DNA of 63,450 nt, filler included, from Octopus bimaculoides (GCF_001194135.2; 4 parts of 4 records of this genome joined end to end with filler, not necessarily neighbours in it); one strand, 5' to 3'; positions 41,955 to 53,990 are shown, numbered from the whole stretch's first letter. Numbers and translations are program-made. The notes: a model not told the origin generated them from the letters alone.

Positions 41955-41956
<2 letters not shown>
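41459..41956. mobile_element. Element X, copy 2 (internal deletion)
   Basis: Collinear with copy 1. (TTA)n on both sides. Confidence 0.8.
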
Positions 41957-41988
<32 letters not shown>

Positions 41989-41991
<3 letters not shown>

Positions 41992-42352
41992 TAGTTTTAT
42001 TTTTATAACGTGCTTTCACTTCACTACCGAGCGCAGCTCTGTGCGCCTTGGGTATGTGCTGTGGTTTGCTGTGGTGCTCTTATGTTTACTGTATTGAAAG
42101 TGTTTTGCGTAGAATGTGTGCAGTACCCAGTAGTGCAATTTTCTGTATGTTATATATATTTGTAAGTCCTGGTGTTTTTGTTATGTATTTGTCTGAATAT
42201 TTTTTTATTATACCTAAGGCACCTACTATGATAGGAATTGTTTCTGTTTTTAGATTCCACATTCGAGTTACCTCTATTTCCAGGTCTTTGTATTTTGAAA
42301 GTTTCTCCATTTCTTTTAGGGAAACGTTGTCATCTGCTGGTATTGATACAGT
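41989..42352 (-). mobile_element. R4/Dong-like REL LINE 3' end, copy 2
   Basis: VSIPADDNVSLKEMEKLSKYKDLEIEVTRMWNLK..LRKTLSIQ* (REL endonuclease motif region). Its 3' end abuts (TTA)n. Confidence 0.9.
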
Positions 42353-42452
42353 NNNNNNNNNNNNNNNNNNNNNNNNNNNNNNNNNNNNNNNNNNNNTTAA
42401 TTAATTAANNNNNNNNNNNNNNNNNNNNNNNNNNNNNNNNNNNNNNNNNNNN
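42353..42452. other. Artificial 100-bp scaffold spacer
   Basis: 44 N + TTAATTAATTAA (42397-42408) + 44 N. Confidence 0.95.
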
Positions 42453-42545
42453 ACATTGCTTGTTTTCACTTTTTCGATATCAGTGAATAACTTCACTGGA
42501 AAAAGACATATATTGCCAAGGGATTGTCATTCTCATCAAAGGTCG

Positions 42546-42604
42546 GCGATTATCGTACGCTGAAGAAGGGAAATAACCCTGAAACTCGGGTCCGTACGTA
42601 TCGC
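42546..42604 (+). ncRNA. Apparently intact type I hammerhead ribozyme
   Basis: GCGAT-TAT-CGTACG | CTGAAGA | AGGG-AAATAA-CCCT | GAA | ACTCGGGT | C^ | CGTACG-T-ATCGC. All core nucleotides are present, cleavage is GUC after 42592, and helix I is 6 bp + internal loop + 5 bp. Confidence 0.85.
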
Positions 42605-44117
42605 AGATCAAGATGGGAAGGATAACTTCCCTTGGCAAAAATAGACAGGACACAGATATGTGTCGATAAGCCAGCTGGAGGAGATGTTCTCCTGGGGCTA
42701 AAAGCAACAGTAACATCCACCCTTAGGGGTCAGCCACATTTAAATGGCAAATATACTTCACTTTATCGTGCAGTTACTGTTAACACCTCGTTCAGAGATT
42801 TAACATTGCTTATATATATATATATATAGCGGTGTACGTACACTTTGGTCTCTTATATGTATGTATAAATTTATCTAAATCTTGTACGACTCTATTCTTT
42901 CTCTCTATCGGCCCTTTCGCGCTTATTCTTTCCTTCCACTCTTCGTTCTTTCGTTCCCCCTCTCTCACATTTCCCTACCTTCTGTTCTTGCTTACTTTCC
43001 CTCCTCTTTTTTCTTCCCTGTGTCACCGTCATTTTTTCTCGCCCCTCCTTAATTCTTCTGTCCCTCTGCCTCTACCACTCTCTCTTCTCTCCCCACGTGA
43101 CAGATGCTCGGCCAAGCTTAATATTTCTTTCTTGGTTCGGCTTTCGTTCGTGCAACATCTATATTCCTGCCTGTGCCTGTGAATCCTTGTGTCCCTGCCG
43201 TAAGGCTTTATTTCCACACACGACAGTTTAATTCAATTCGTCCTTAATCGGAAGACACCTGTTGTTATGTCCTGTTATTTGTATTTGTGTAATATTCTCC
43301 GTTTTTTCCGTCCCTGTTTTCGTATACATCCGCTGCTTTCTTCCAAGGAATCTAATGCTCTTAGCTTACTTTTTCCTTGGGGTTGGCCCGATTGGAGCAA
43401 TCTCGAGTATAACCAGCCGAAATTGCAAAGATAATCTGGAACTCGACTGACGAAAGAAAACTCCGAATGACTCGTCCTTGTTTTCTTTGTATTGTCTATC
43501 TGGATGTTTTGTTGTCCCTTTTTTGTATCACCTAACTGTCTGGATGTTTTGCGCTCTTGTCCCATTTTGTATTTTATATATATATATATATATATATATG
43601 TATGAATGTATGGATTCATGTATGTATANNNNNNNNNNNNNNNNNNNNNNNNNNNNNNNNNNNNNNNNNNNNNNNNNNNNNNNNNNNNNNNNNNNNNNNN
43701 NNNNNNNNNNNNNNNNNNNNNNNNNNNNNNNNNNNNNNNNNNNNNNNNNNNNNNNNNNNNNNNNNNNNNNNNNNNNNNNNNNNNNNNNNNNNNNNNNNNN
43801 NNNNNNNNNNNNNNNNNNNNNNNNNNNNNNNNNNNNNNNNNNNNNNNNNNNNNNNNNNNNNNNNNNNNNNNNNNNNNNNNNNNNNNNNNNNNNNNNNNNN
43901 NNNNNNNNNNNNNNNNNNNNNNNNNNNNNNNNNNNNNNNNNNNNNNNNNNNNNNNNNNNNNNNNNNNNNNNNNNNNNNNNNNNNNNNNNNNNNNNNNNNN
44001 NNNNNNNNNNNNNNNNNNNNNNNNNNNNNNNNNNNNNNNNNNNNNNNNNNNNNNNNNNNNNNNNNNNNNNNNNNNNNNNNNNNNNNNNNNNNNNNNNNNN
44101 NNNNNNNNNNNNNNNNN

Positions 44118-44167
<50 letters not shown>

Positions 44168-44196
44168 GTATGAATGTATGGATTCATGTATGTATA

Positions 44197-44300
44197 CAGT
44201 GGTGGACTGGCCATGTTGCCAGTTTGCCCGATGGTAAGTGGGCCCCTGTGCCACTAGAATCCATATATGGAGGCCCATGTTAGTATCTAAGGTGCCCATC
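44197..44300 (+). mobile_element. Possible DNA-transposon terminus (hAT-like)
   Basis: Begins CAGTGGTGGACTGGCC..GGGCCCC, a typical terminal motif. The partner TIR was not found. Confidence 0.3.
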
Positions 44301-44439
44301 CTCTCAAGTTTGAGAATTTTTTATTAACTTCTAGAAAATGCTCTAATTATTTCAGCCTGACTGTATTTGTAGACAGTTGGAAAGAATACTTTTAACAAAA
44401 AAAAAAAATAGCGTTGTAGTTGCAGTTGTGCTCCCTTAG

Positions 44440-44614
44440 TCTCCTGACAACCAATGTTGGTGTGTTTACGTCCCTGTAATCTAACGGCTCGGCAAAACAG
44501 ACCGATAAAATAAGTACTAGGCTTATAAAGAATAAGTCCTGGGGACGATTTGTTCGACTAATGCGGTGCTCCAGCATAGCCGCAGTCAAATGACTGAAAG
44601 AAGTAAAAGAATAA
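44440..44614 (+). mobile_element. SINE family A 3' half
   Basis: GGTGTGTTTACGTCCC..GCGGTGCTCCAGCATAGCCGCAGTCAAATGACTGAAA. Confidence 0.85.
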
Positions 44615-44616
44615 AT

Positions 44617-44772
44617 ATACGAGGGGCTTCTTTCAGTTTCCGTCTACCAAATCCACTCACAGGGCTTTGCTCGGAGCGAGGCTATAGTACAAGACACATG
44701 CTCAAGATGTCACGCAGTGGGACTGAACTCGGAGCCATATGGTTGGAAAACAAGTTTCTTACCACACATCCA
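44617..44772 (-). mobile_element. SINE family A 5' half
   Basis: GGCTTCTTTCAGTTTCCGTCTACCAAATCCACTCAC..GGGACTGAACTC..TTACCACAC. Confidence 0.85.
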
Positions 44773-45369
44773 CGTGTATTATGTGTGCATCTATGTGTGC
44801 GTTTTTTGTACTTGTTATTGCCCTTCATCGCTGCTGGACAATGTGTGCTGGAGCTTTTACTTATCAGTAACATAGCGGTTCGGCAAAAGTAAAGTGATTA
44901 AATAATTGAATTATTCTGTATTTCTTCGAGTTATTAGGATGAAAGATATAAGGAAGACTTTACAGTCAATAGAATTACATAATTACTTTCATTGTTTATC
45001 TGGCTATGTTCGAATCTACCCACGGACAGACGGATCATAGAATTACGCAAAGCACCGACACTTTGACGTGAAAACAACAAATGAAATTATCCTTGCAGCG
45101 ACCAGTTTCGCAATCATCTGGGACATATCTGCCCTGTCCGATATGTGGACCAAGGCGAATCGTCCAGATATAATTATACCGTACAACAAAATTTTAATTT
45201 TGTTTTTCTTTGGCTCTTTTTGTTTTTGCTTCTCTATAGAAATCAAAGGATATGACCACAATTTCCTTAAAACTTTGCTTTTGTGACCCTCACACCAGTG
45301 TTTTGAAACTAACCTAGTTTTTGTTACATTTCAGACAGATTCTGCGCTGAGTTGCTGAAGCAGAAATAT

Positions 45370-45535
45370 TGTTATAGTAAATATTCTGCTCAATACAGAT
45401 TTGTTTGTCAGTTGCTTGACTTTATCATCTTGTGGCTGACATTATGTGCATCTCTGATCAGGATCAGCAGCAGTGGGGAAGCCTAATAGCCATGTATTGA
45501 GAAGAATTCTTTGCGGTTTGAATAAATGTAACAAG
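45370..45535. mobile_element. Old internal fragment of element X
   Basis: AAATATTCTGCTCAATACAGATTTG..GTGCATCTCTGATC..AATTCTTTG matches 47560-47725. Confidence 0.6.
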
Positions 45536-45639
45536 ACCAAAGTTTGAAAGAAATATTAACCATTTTTAATATTTTCTAGGGGTAAGCAAATAGCAAATAA
45601 CAGTTGCTACCCAATGACAAAAATCGTGTTGTAGAGAGT

Positions 45640-46500
45640 TACCAAGAAAAATACCGAATCTGGGAGCAGCGACCGATAGTGTCGCTGCATTTGTGGCAGC
45701 AGCAGCAATAGCACCAGCGAAGGCTGTGGCAGTAGCGGCAGCAGTCCTTGTTTACATTCCTGTCATTTGCCTTACTGAGGCCCATTTTTATGGTTGCTTC
45801 TCCTCTCTTTCGGTTTTCCACTTCTGGGTAGAAGACACACGGATGATTATTACTGCCGCATTTGTTGCAAATAGGTCTTCTTTTCTGCACCACAAGTTTC
45901 ACTGTGTTTCTTTCATTTTCCACAATGATGTACCAATCAGGAATAATCATGTACCCTTATAAGAGGAGTCATTAAGGCCTGGAGGTCGATGCAGTGTACC
46001 TCCACATGATCATATTTCATCACAATTTACTCCTGATCACATGTACATCTAATAATGTTGAACAGTTTTAACAATGCACCAAAGATCGTACCAATTAGTT
46101 AGTACCAAGAATCTCCGGTCTCGAGCATGGGATTTCTTATCTCCATGTACTACAGTAGTGGTTGATGGGCAAGCGTGTAGCGCATATGAGCTACTTGCCT
46201 CAATATGATTTAAAGCCATGGTATATGTATCCATATACACAACCATAGTGGAGGGGGCATCCATTCTACTTCACATCTGTGAGAGCTCTCTCTCCCCAAT
46301 AACTGGTTCGAGAAGATTTCGAAACATACCTTGTTGGGATAACAAAATTATGACATTTTCCTCCTTGCTTTTTCAACAACATACCATACTGCTCCACTGC
46401 TCCACCCCTTCATCTAAAAGTTCTCTTTCTCGATACCCATTGTATCAGATTCTTTCATTTTCGAAACGCTGGGCCACACCCTACACCTTCCCATGGCTTG
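45640..46500 (-). pseudogene. Tx1/L1-like LINE ORF1 relic
   Basis: VVQKRRPICNKCGSNNHPCVFYP (decayed CCHC knuckle after an RRP motif), followed by an Ala/Thr-rich linker. Upstream LLGRESSHRCEVEWMPP. Confidence 0.45.
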
Positions 46501-47389
46501 CAATGTGAGCAAACATTATTGTGCATTCTGATTTAGTCATTTAAATTAACACCATTTTGTATTTGTGTTTTGGTGGAATTCAAACTGTAAATGTAAATGT
46601 TTGTGCTTGATTTTTTGTATGGCTAATCGATAGGTTGTCTGCTTTAAAAAAAAAAAGCAACAAAAACGAAGAATCTGTTTTCGTATTGAAAATTTCATGA
46701 GTGTTGTTTAAGTTTTTCTGCCGTTGAATCTGCGTCTACCCAAATATTGATAATATCTAAAAGAAAATGTTTCTTCATTCACCATTAGCGAATGTAGCTT
46801 TAATCGGGAGGAACTGATGTTAGCAAATGGTATCCAACCATTACCATGCCCTGAACCGTAATACTCTCCCGTTGGTGAATCCGCCATAATAGGCAAATAA
46901 TTGCTTGCCATCTCGTAGCTTCCATTTTAAATCATCTCTCTTGCCTCATGACCAGCAAGAGTCCATTTCTACTGCTTCTTTCATCCTGCGCACCGCTACT
47001 TTTCGCTCTTTTTCTCTTATTCTAATGTAAGCATCTTCAAAACCGACTAGGTAGGAAAAGCCCTAAAATGAGTCTCGACTGGGAATAACTAAGATTGCCA
47101 TATCTGCTCCCTGTAATACTGAAAAAGTATTTGAAAAATTGATGTGTTGATGAAGCTTGTAGTCAATAGCTTCTGCTACTAGTTGTGATTTCGAAACATA
47201 AATGACAAAAATAATCGAAGATAAACCTCTTTTGTTCTCCAGAAATGGGGGCGGGGTGGATCTTTAAATAATCCGGAACTTTATATTAGTATTCCAACGC
47301 GAAAACTGGAACAAAGATATCTATTCTCCATTAGATGGTTAGGGGAAATTATCACATTCGAAAAGGACACACTGAACACAGATGCGTTC

Positions 47390-47457
<68 letters not shown>

Positions 47458-47459
<2 letters not shown>

Positions 47460-47812
47460 ATGCACGGATGCAGTACCAGGCAGTGGCTCTCATAGCTTCT
47501 GATCTTAATTGATTGGAAGTGTTATCATGTACATTGTTTTGTTTTGGTATAAAGATGGGCTACAGCAAATATTCTGCTCAATACCACAGATTTGCTTGTC
47601 AGTTGTTTGACCGTAACCTGTTGAGCATGTCCCTTGGTAGCTAACGATATGTACACCTCTGATCATGAGCAAAAGTAGTGGGGGAGCATCATAACCATGT
47701 GTTGAGAGGAATTCTTTGGGGTTTGAAAAATTTACCTTTGGAAACATGGATGTTTCGTTGAACATCCTTAAACAAACCGTATTCAGGGACCTTTTGAGCA
47801 GGATGGGCTACT
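47458..47812. mobile_element. Element X copy 3, opposite orientation, truncated
   Basis: Reverse complement of the 41050-41406 portion of copy 1. Directly follows (AAT)n at 47392-47457. Confidence 0.85.
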
Positions 47813-47924
47813 TTCCGTGCGACTTTCTTAATAGTGAGAAATTTGTGGATTTGGAATGTTAACTCCTATTTCTAGCAAGTGGTATTTTGGTATATATNNN
47901 NNNNNNNNNNNNNNNNNNNNNNNN

Positions 47925-47969
<45 letters not shown>

Positions 47970-48079
47970 CTTCACTTGTTTCCGTCATTAGACGTCACTT
48001 TGAAACAAAAATAAGGACCGTTTCACGAAAATGGCTGTCATTTTGGTATATGTACCACTGAAGCAATATGTATATGTGT

Positions 48080-48295
48080 GTATGTCATTGTCCTTGTGTT
48101 TGCTTCTTCCCACGATTGTAAACTGGTGTTGGTTTGTTTACGCCCCCGTAACTTTGCGGTTCGGCAAGAAGATATTGGAGAGAATAATCACCAGAAATTT
48201 AAAAACGAAATACTGGCGTCGATTTGTTCCACTGAAACTCTTATAGGTGATGCTCCAGCCTGGCCGTAGTCAAATGACTGAAATAAGTAAAAGAT
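48080..48295 (+). mobile_element. SINE family A 3' half
   Basis: GTTTACGCCCCCGTAACTTTGCGGTTCGGCAAG..TGCTCCAGCCTGGCCGTAGTCAAATGACTGAAA. Confidence 0.8.
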
Positions 48296-48469
48296 AATGA
48301 AAAAATAAAAGATATACAAACAAACGGGGCCACTCGATCTGTTAAGAATAGCAACCGAATCACCTGAAAATGTGATGCATTATAATTTGTTATTTTTTGT
48401 TCCCATGTTACTCAAACTTTTCTTTTCAAGACTAGAGTATAGTGTGTCTATCCATTCTTTTTAACTATG

Positions 48470-48850
48470 ACAGCGTCCAGTCCTTGTGGTGGAGTGGTGG
48501 CCTCTGTGTCTCAATGAATCTAAGAGGTATACTAGCGGAGTACAAGCTTATGGTAGGGCCTCCACTCCTGGACAACTCATAATACGGAGGCCAAACTAAT
48601 ACATCTCTCCAAAGGTAAAAGTGAGTTTGCGTAAGGGCCAACATCTGTACCGAGATAAAAGCAAAGTAACAGAAGCATCGATAGCAATTCAAAACATAGG
48701 GGAAAAAGGCCTTCCCCCAGCGAAAGGAAGCTGCAAGGAAGGGCAAAGGTCCAACTGGAGGGAAACTGAAAAGACAGCTCAGAATCGAGACAGTGAAAAA
48801 AAAAGTTGTCGATGGACTATGATCCATAAGAAGTGAGGGTTTTAACTAAA
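48470..48850 (+). mobile_element. Internally deleted RTE-like element (5' UTR joined to 3' end)
   Basis: GTGGTGGAGTGG..TGTGTCTCAATGA resembles RTE 5' UTRs. GTTGTCGATGGACTATGATCC..AAGTGAGGG resembles the RTE/BovB ORF end (VVDGLCS-like). Confidence 0.45.
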
Positions 48851-49284
48851 TTCCATTATTTTAAGAGAGTATGGTGTGATTTGGCTGCAACTTCTAGCAT
48901 GTTGAATTACAATTAGGGACTACCTGACTACTTCGTTGGGTTGATTGTGTAAGGTATATTTTGGTGGTGGAATTCTCTTGAAGTTCAGTGTCCAGTTTAG
49001 GCCATCTCTAAAAATCTATCACTTTTTACTGACAAAATCTTTTCCTTCCTTAATTTCTTGGATTCTGAAACTCTGATGGAGTCGTTGGGTACCGTCGTGA
49101 CATACATCGTATCGTGTGCGTTCAAAGGTTCTCATCCCTCTTCAAATCTGAACAAAGCAGATTTATTCCAAACAAATAGAGAAGATGAATGAGAAAATAG
49201 ATAGATAAATAGAGAGAGCAAGAAAGAAGAAAGAAAGAGATAGAGGGAGAGAGAAAGAATTCTGGACTGGTATTTTGCATGTCG

Positions 49285-49385
49285 TGTGCGAAAAGCATAG
49301 TTGACGGAGTTTGAACTTTGAGCGTAACGAAGCGGAACATTTACTAAAAGGCGTCCTAACGATTCTGCCAAGTCGGCTGCCTTGA
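49285..49385 (-). mobile_element. SINE-like family D head fragment
   Basis: Reverse complement of AAGGCAGC..GGCAGAATCGTTAG..GTTCAAA..GTCAACT, as in 58194-58415. Confidence 0.55.
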
Positions 49386-50923
49386 AGGATTATTTTATCG
49401 AGCAATCATGAAAAGACAAAACAAAAAAATATGACAACAATATCACCAACATAAACAACAACGTAGACAATATGAAAAACAACAGATCCACCATAACCAC
49501 TGAAACCACCACCAATACTATAAATACGATAACATTATAACTGATACTCACACTGAAGGTGTGATAACGGAGCCTTGGTCCACATAGTCGCAGGCGGCGC
49601 TGGAGCAGTGACGTGACGAGAGAGGACCGCAGCAGAATGCATTGCTGTTTTTGCACAAACGTCTTTGCAACGCACCCTTCTCGTAATAAGTGCAATTTAC
49701 AAGGTGAACCATTCTGCAGAATCCCAAGAGCGACAGTTCATACCTTGATTAACAAGTCTTTTATTATGATATTACTATTTTTTTTATTTCAGTTTTTTTT
49801 ATTCCTATTTTTTATTTTTTATTTTTATTTTCATTTATGTTTTCAAACATAATTTCATTCCAATATATTCCGTACTTATATCGAACTCTCATGTACTTAT
49901 TCTTCGTCTGGTCGCTTTTGATAACAGCAATGATGGTGGCAGCGGTTATGGTGGCGTTAATTCTGATTGTAGTGAATTGTAGTGGGTTGTGGTGGTTGCG
50001 GTGGTAGTATTGGTTTAATAGTGATTATGCTGATGATGCAGATGATAATGATGATGTTGTCTTTGCAAAAGGTGTCGTTAGTAATGGCTTTATGAACGAT
50101 GTCTTTCGAAAAGACAATGTCAAACACTCTGGGTTATAAATATCTTATGTTAAGGTCACAAGTATCAGAAATGTTGATGTAGTACATAAATATGTAAATA
50201 TATTCATATACGTATATGTGTATGTGTGTGTGTAAGTGTGTGTGTGTGTGTGTTTGTGTGTATTATTTATTTATGCACGCATATATGTACGTAGATATGT
50301 ATATGTTTGTGTGTACGTCGTTCATTTAGACCGTACTTGTGTATTTTTTTAAATAATTGTTTGTAATAATTTTACATGTATACCAATGAGTAAGATATGT
50401 TCATTAAAAATTTTAATTATATTTTTACTATTTATTAGATTTTCTGCTTCATCGATTCCGTATGTAAAGTATCCATTTATGGTACCTGGAAGAAGAAAAA
50501 ACTATATGAAATGATATTTCTTTGAAAGTTCGCGCGCGTATATGAAATGAACCATGTATATNNNNNNNNNNNNNNNNNNNNNNNNNNNNNNNNNNNNNNN
50601 NNNNNNNNNNNNNNNNNNNNNNNNNNNNNNNNNNNNNNNNNNNNNNNNNNNNNNNNNNNNNNNNNNNNNNNNNNNNNNNNNNNNNNNNNNNNNNNNNNNN
50701 NNNNNNNNNNNNNNNNNNNNNNNNNNNNNNNNNNNNNNNNNNNNNNNNNNNNNNNNNNNNNNNNNNNNNNNNNNNNNNNNNNNNNNNNNNNNNNNNNNNN
50801 NNNNNNNNNNNNNNNNNNNNNNNNNNNNNNNNNNNNNNNNNNNNNNNNNNNNNNNNNNNNNNNNNNNNNNNNNNNNNNNNNNNNNNNNNNNNNNNNNNNN
50901 NNNNNNNNNNNNNNNNNNNNNNN

Positions 50924-50956
<33 letters not shown>

Positions 50957-51795
50957 AAAAAAGAAAGAGTGAAAGAATTATTTAATAAAAACTATTAATA
51001 AAGATTGAAATTACAGTTTTATATTTTTATATCAATTTTCAAATGTATGATCACAAGACAGAAACAAACAAGAAAGCAAAAGCTGCAAATCGTTGTCGCA
51101 AAAAAGTACGCTGCTTATATTCTGATACCCTCCTATAATTATTTACGACGATAAGCGTGTGCGCAAAATATAAAGAATCTTGAATTGTAAACTCGAATAA
51201 CTCTTCTTTCTGCAATCTAGACCGAGAGGAAACCTAACCAAATAATAACATTCTTTCTGGAAATTCACAAAGAGCAGAATGAAATACAACTGGCAAATGT
51301 GCAATTCGGAAAAAAATATCCTTTCATTATTAAGAACCACAAATAACAATAAAGAAAGCAAGAATTTTCTGTAAATGCAGGAATATCGTAAAATACTTCT
51401 TAATAATCTGAAAAGGTTAGAAAGCACATAATTAAAGCAATTACTTTACGATAGCAATCTGTATTATGAGAAAATGTGATTTTCATCAAGTATCGCCCTG
51501 TATCCCAATTAAACTTAATTTAATTTCATAATCATAGAATTAGATATTTCCTGAACTTGATATAATTTACCTTAGAGAAAGAGTGAATCATCCACGTAAT
51601 TGCATAAGTTAATTTTGACTACTGCCATACTCTTCAGCATATGTTTAACCACATATAAATATGATCAGACGTTGTCGAAATTCTTCTTCTGATATTTTCA
51701 GTTTCAAAAACCATGTAAAACGCCTTCAGTTAACATCAACCATAAAGATACAGGTGTCTGGTTATCAGAACTATACTATTATGTACACCCACGCA

Positions 51796-51869
<74 letters not shown>

Positions 51870-52234
51870 NNNNNNNNNNNNNNNNNNNNNNNNNNNNNNN
51901 NNNNNNNNNNNNNNNNNNNNNNNNNNNNNNNNNNNNNNNNNNNNNNNNNNNNNNNNNNNNNNNNNNNNNNNNNNNNNNNNNNNNNNNNNNNNNNNNNNNN
52001 NNNNNNNNNNNNNNNNNNNNNNNNNNNNNNNNNNNNNNNNNNNNNNNNNNNNNNNNNNNNNNNNNNNNNNNNNNNNNNNNNNNNNNNNNNNNNNNNNNNN
52101 NNNNNNNNNNNNNNNNNNNNNNNNNNNNNNNNNNNNNNNNNNNNNNNNNNNNNNNNNNNNNNNNNNNNNNNNNNNNNNNNNNNNNNNNNNNNNNNNNNNN
52201 NNNNNNNNNNNNNNNNNNNNNNNNNNNTGCACAT

Positions 52235-52267
<33 letters not shown>

Positions 52268-52274
52268 CATATAT

Positions 52275-52366
52275 ACGATGGGCTTCTTTCAGTTTCCGTC
52301 TACCAAATCCACTCACAAGGCTTTGGTCGGCCCGAGGTTATAGGAGAAGACACTTGCTCAAGATGC
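52275..52366 (-). mobile_element. SINE family A fragment
   Basis: GGGCTTCTTTCAGTTTCCGTCTACCAAATCCACTCACAAGGCTTTGGTCGGCCCGAGG. Confidence 0.85.
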
Positions 52367-53021
52367 AAGATATATATAATACATACATACATATATACTA
52401 TTCATAAACAAATATGACACTAGACGAACGACTGCTAAGGCGAGACCTTTACTTCAGTTTCTCCCGTACTTTTACTGCACATCCGTTAGTTACAGGCTCT
52501 ATGTACGCCTTTGAGCATACATTTTAAGGCTGTATCATCTCTTTAGCATCATGCCATTTGAGGTTTTCAAAATTTCCAGCTATTCCATATTTTTTAACGA
52601 TTTTCAACATAACATTGCAGTGCACAATGTCAAAAACCGACAAAGTTAATTACTGCATTTAATATGCATTCGATGGCGTTAATAATTTTACATTGTAAAG
52701 CATTTGCGCCTTTGAAAATCATATCTTTTAGTTAAACAAAGTCAGTTGATGTTCAACACTAGCGGAGAGATTCTCTTCGAGTTTAAGCAATCAATAATAT
52801 CAAACATTTTTGTTAGCTCTACAAATCACCGATGCTTTCCACTGGTCTAGTATCTCTAATCGTAACACATCATGTAATGAAATTTCATAAGCGATGTCTC
52901 TGTGGCTTCATATACATATTTAACAAGCTCACCAGGGGTTTTGCAGCTTTGTTATCATTTGATGATTTAAAAGCTTGCTGGAAGTGATTTCAACCATATC
53001 AAGGTCTCAAAATCATTTAAA

Positions 53022-53435
53022 CAGGTATGGGTGTGTGGTAAGAAGCTTGCTTCCTAACCACGTGGTTCCAGGTTCAGTCCCACTGCGTGGCACCTTGGGC
53101 AAGTGTCTTCTATTATAGCCCCGGGCCGACCAAAGCCCTGTGAATGGATTTTCTAGACAGACACTGAAAGAAACCAGTCTTATATATATATATATATATA
53201 TATATGTTTGTGTCTGTGTTTGTTGCCCGCCCACTCATTATCGCCTGACAACCGGGGTTGTTGTGTTTACGTTCCGGCAATCTAGCGGTTTAGCAAAAGA
53301 GAAACGGAATAAGTACTTGATTTAAGAAATAAGTCCTACGGTTGATTTATTCGATTAAAACCCTTCACAGCGGTGCTCCAGCATGGCCGCAATCAAACTG
53401 ACTGAAAGAAGTAAAAAAGTTAAAAATAAAAGAAT
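53022..53435 (+). mobile_element. Full-length SINE family A
   Basis: tRNA head GTGTGTGGTAAG..AGGTTCAGTCCC, body ACCTTGGGCAAGTGTCTTC, central (AT)n and an A-rich tail. Confidence 0.9.
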
Positions 53436-53902
53436 CAGTCATACGTTAAAGGTCTTCAGATATGGTTTGTTTCAGCATTTTGTTTTAAATGTGCCGGACA
53501 TCCTTTTACTTGTTCTCTTTTATGCTTACACACACGTCATCGAATCACTGTATATGTATGTATATATGTATATATGTATGTATACACATACACTAATGAA
53601 TGAGGAAACAAATGAAGACAATACGACTCAACGCATTTTCTTCAAGTTACATGTATTTTATAACACTCGAATTTAAGCCATGGGAGCACGGAAGGACACC
53701 TCCGGCTCATTCAGGTTCTCGGTATGATGCTGCAGTTGTGGAGTTCTGTTGTTATGGGAATCATGGAGTCACTTGTAATTACCATTACATCCAGGTACGG
53801 TAGAACTTTTCAAGCTACACAGATTTCTCAGGGATAAAGGAGGCTCTTGTTATTTTTAACAAAGCAGTCGGGGAAAGATACTCTGCCGTAAAGCCTGCAG
53901 TC

Positions 53903-53990
53903 AATAAGGCAGCGAGCTGCCAGAGTCATCAGCATGCCGGACAAAATGCTGAGCGGCGTTTTGTCCGTCTCAGTACTGAGTTGAAGTTGT
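53903..53990 (+). mobile_element. SINE-like family D head, repeated identically at 54431-54520
   Basis: AAGGCAGCGAGCTGCCAGAGTCATCAGCATGCCGGACAAAATGCTGAGCGGC. Confidence 0.6.

Noticed and set aside
43445-43482. CTGACGA..CCGAATGACTCGTCC hammerhead-like string
   Set aside because: Stem II is mismatched, A15.1 is absent and there is no helix I partner.
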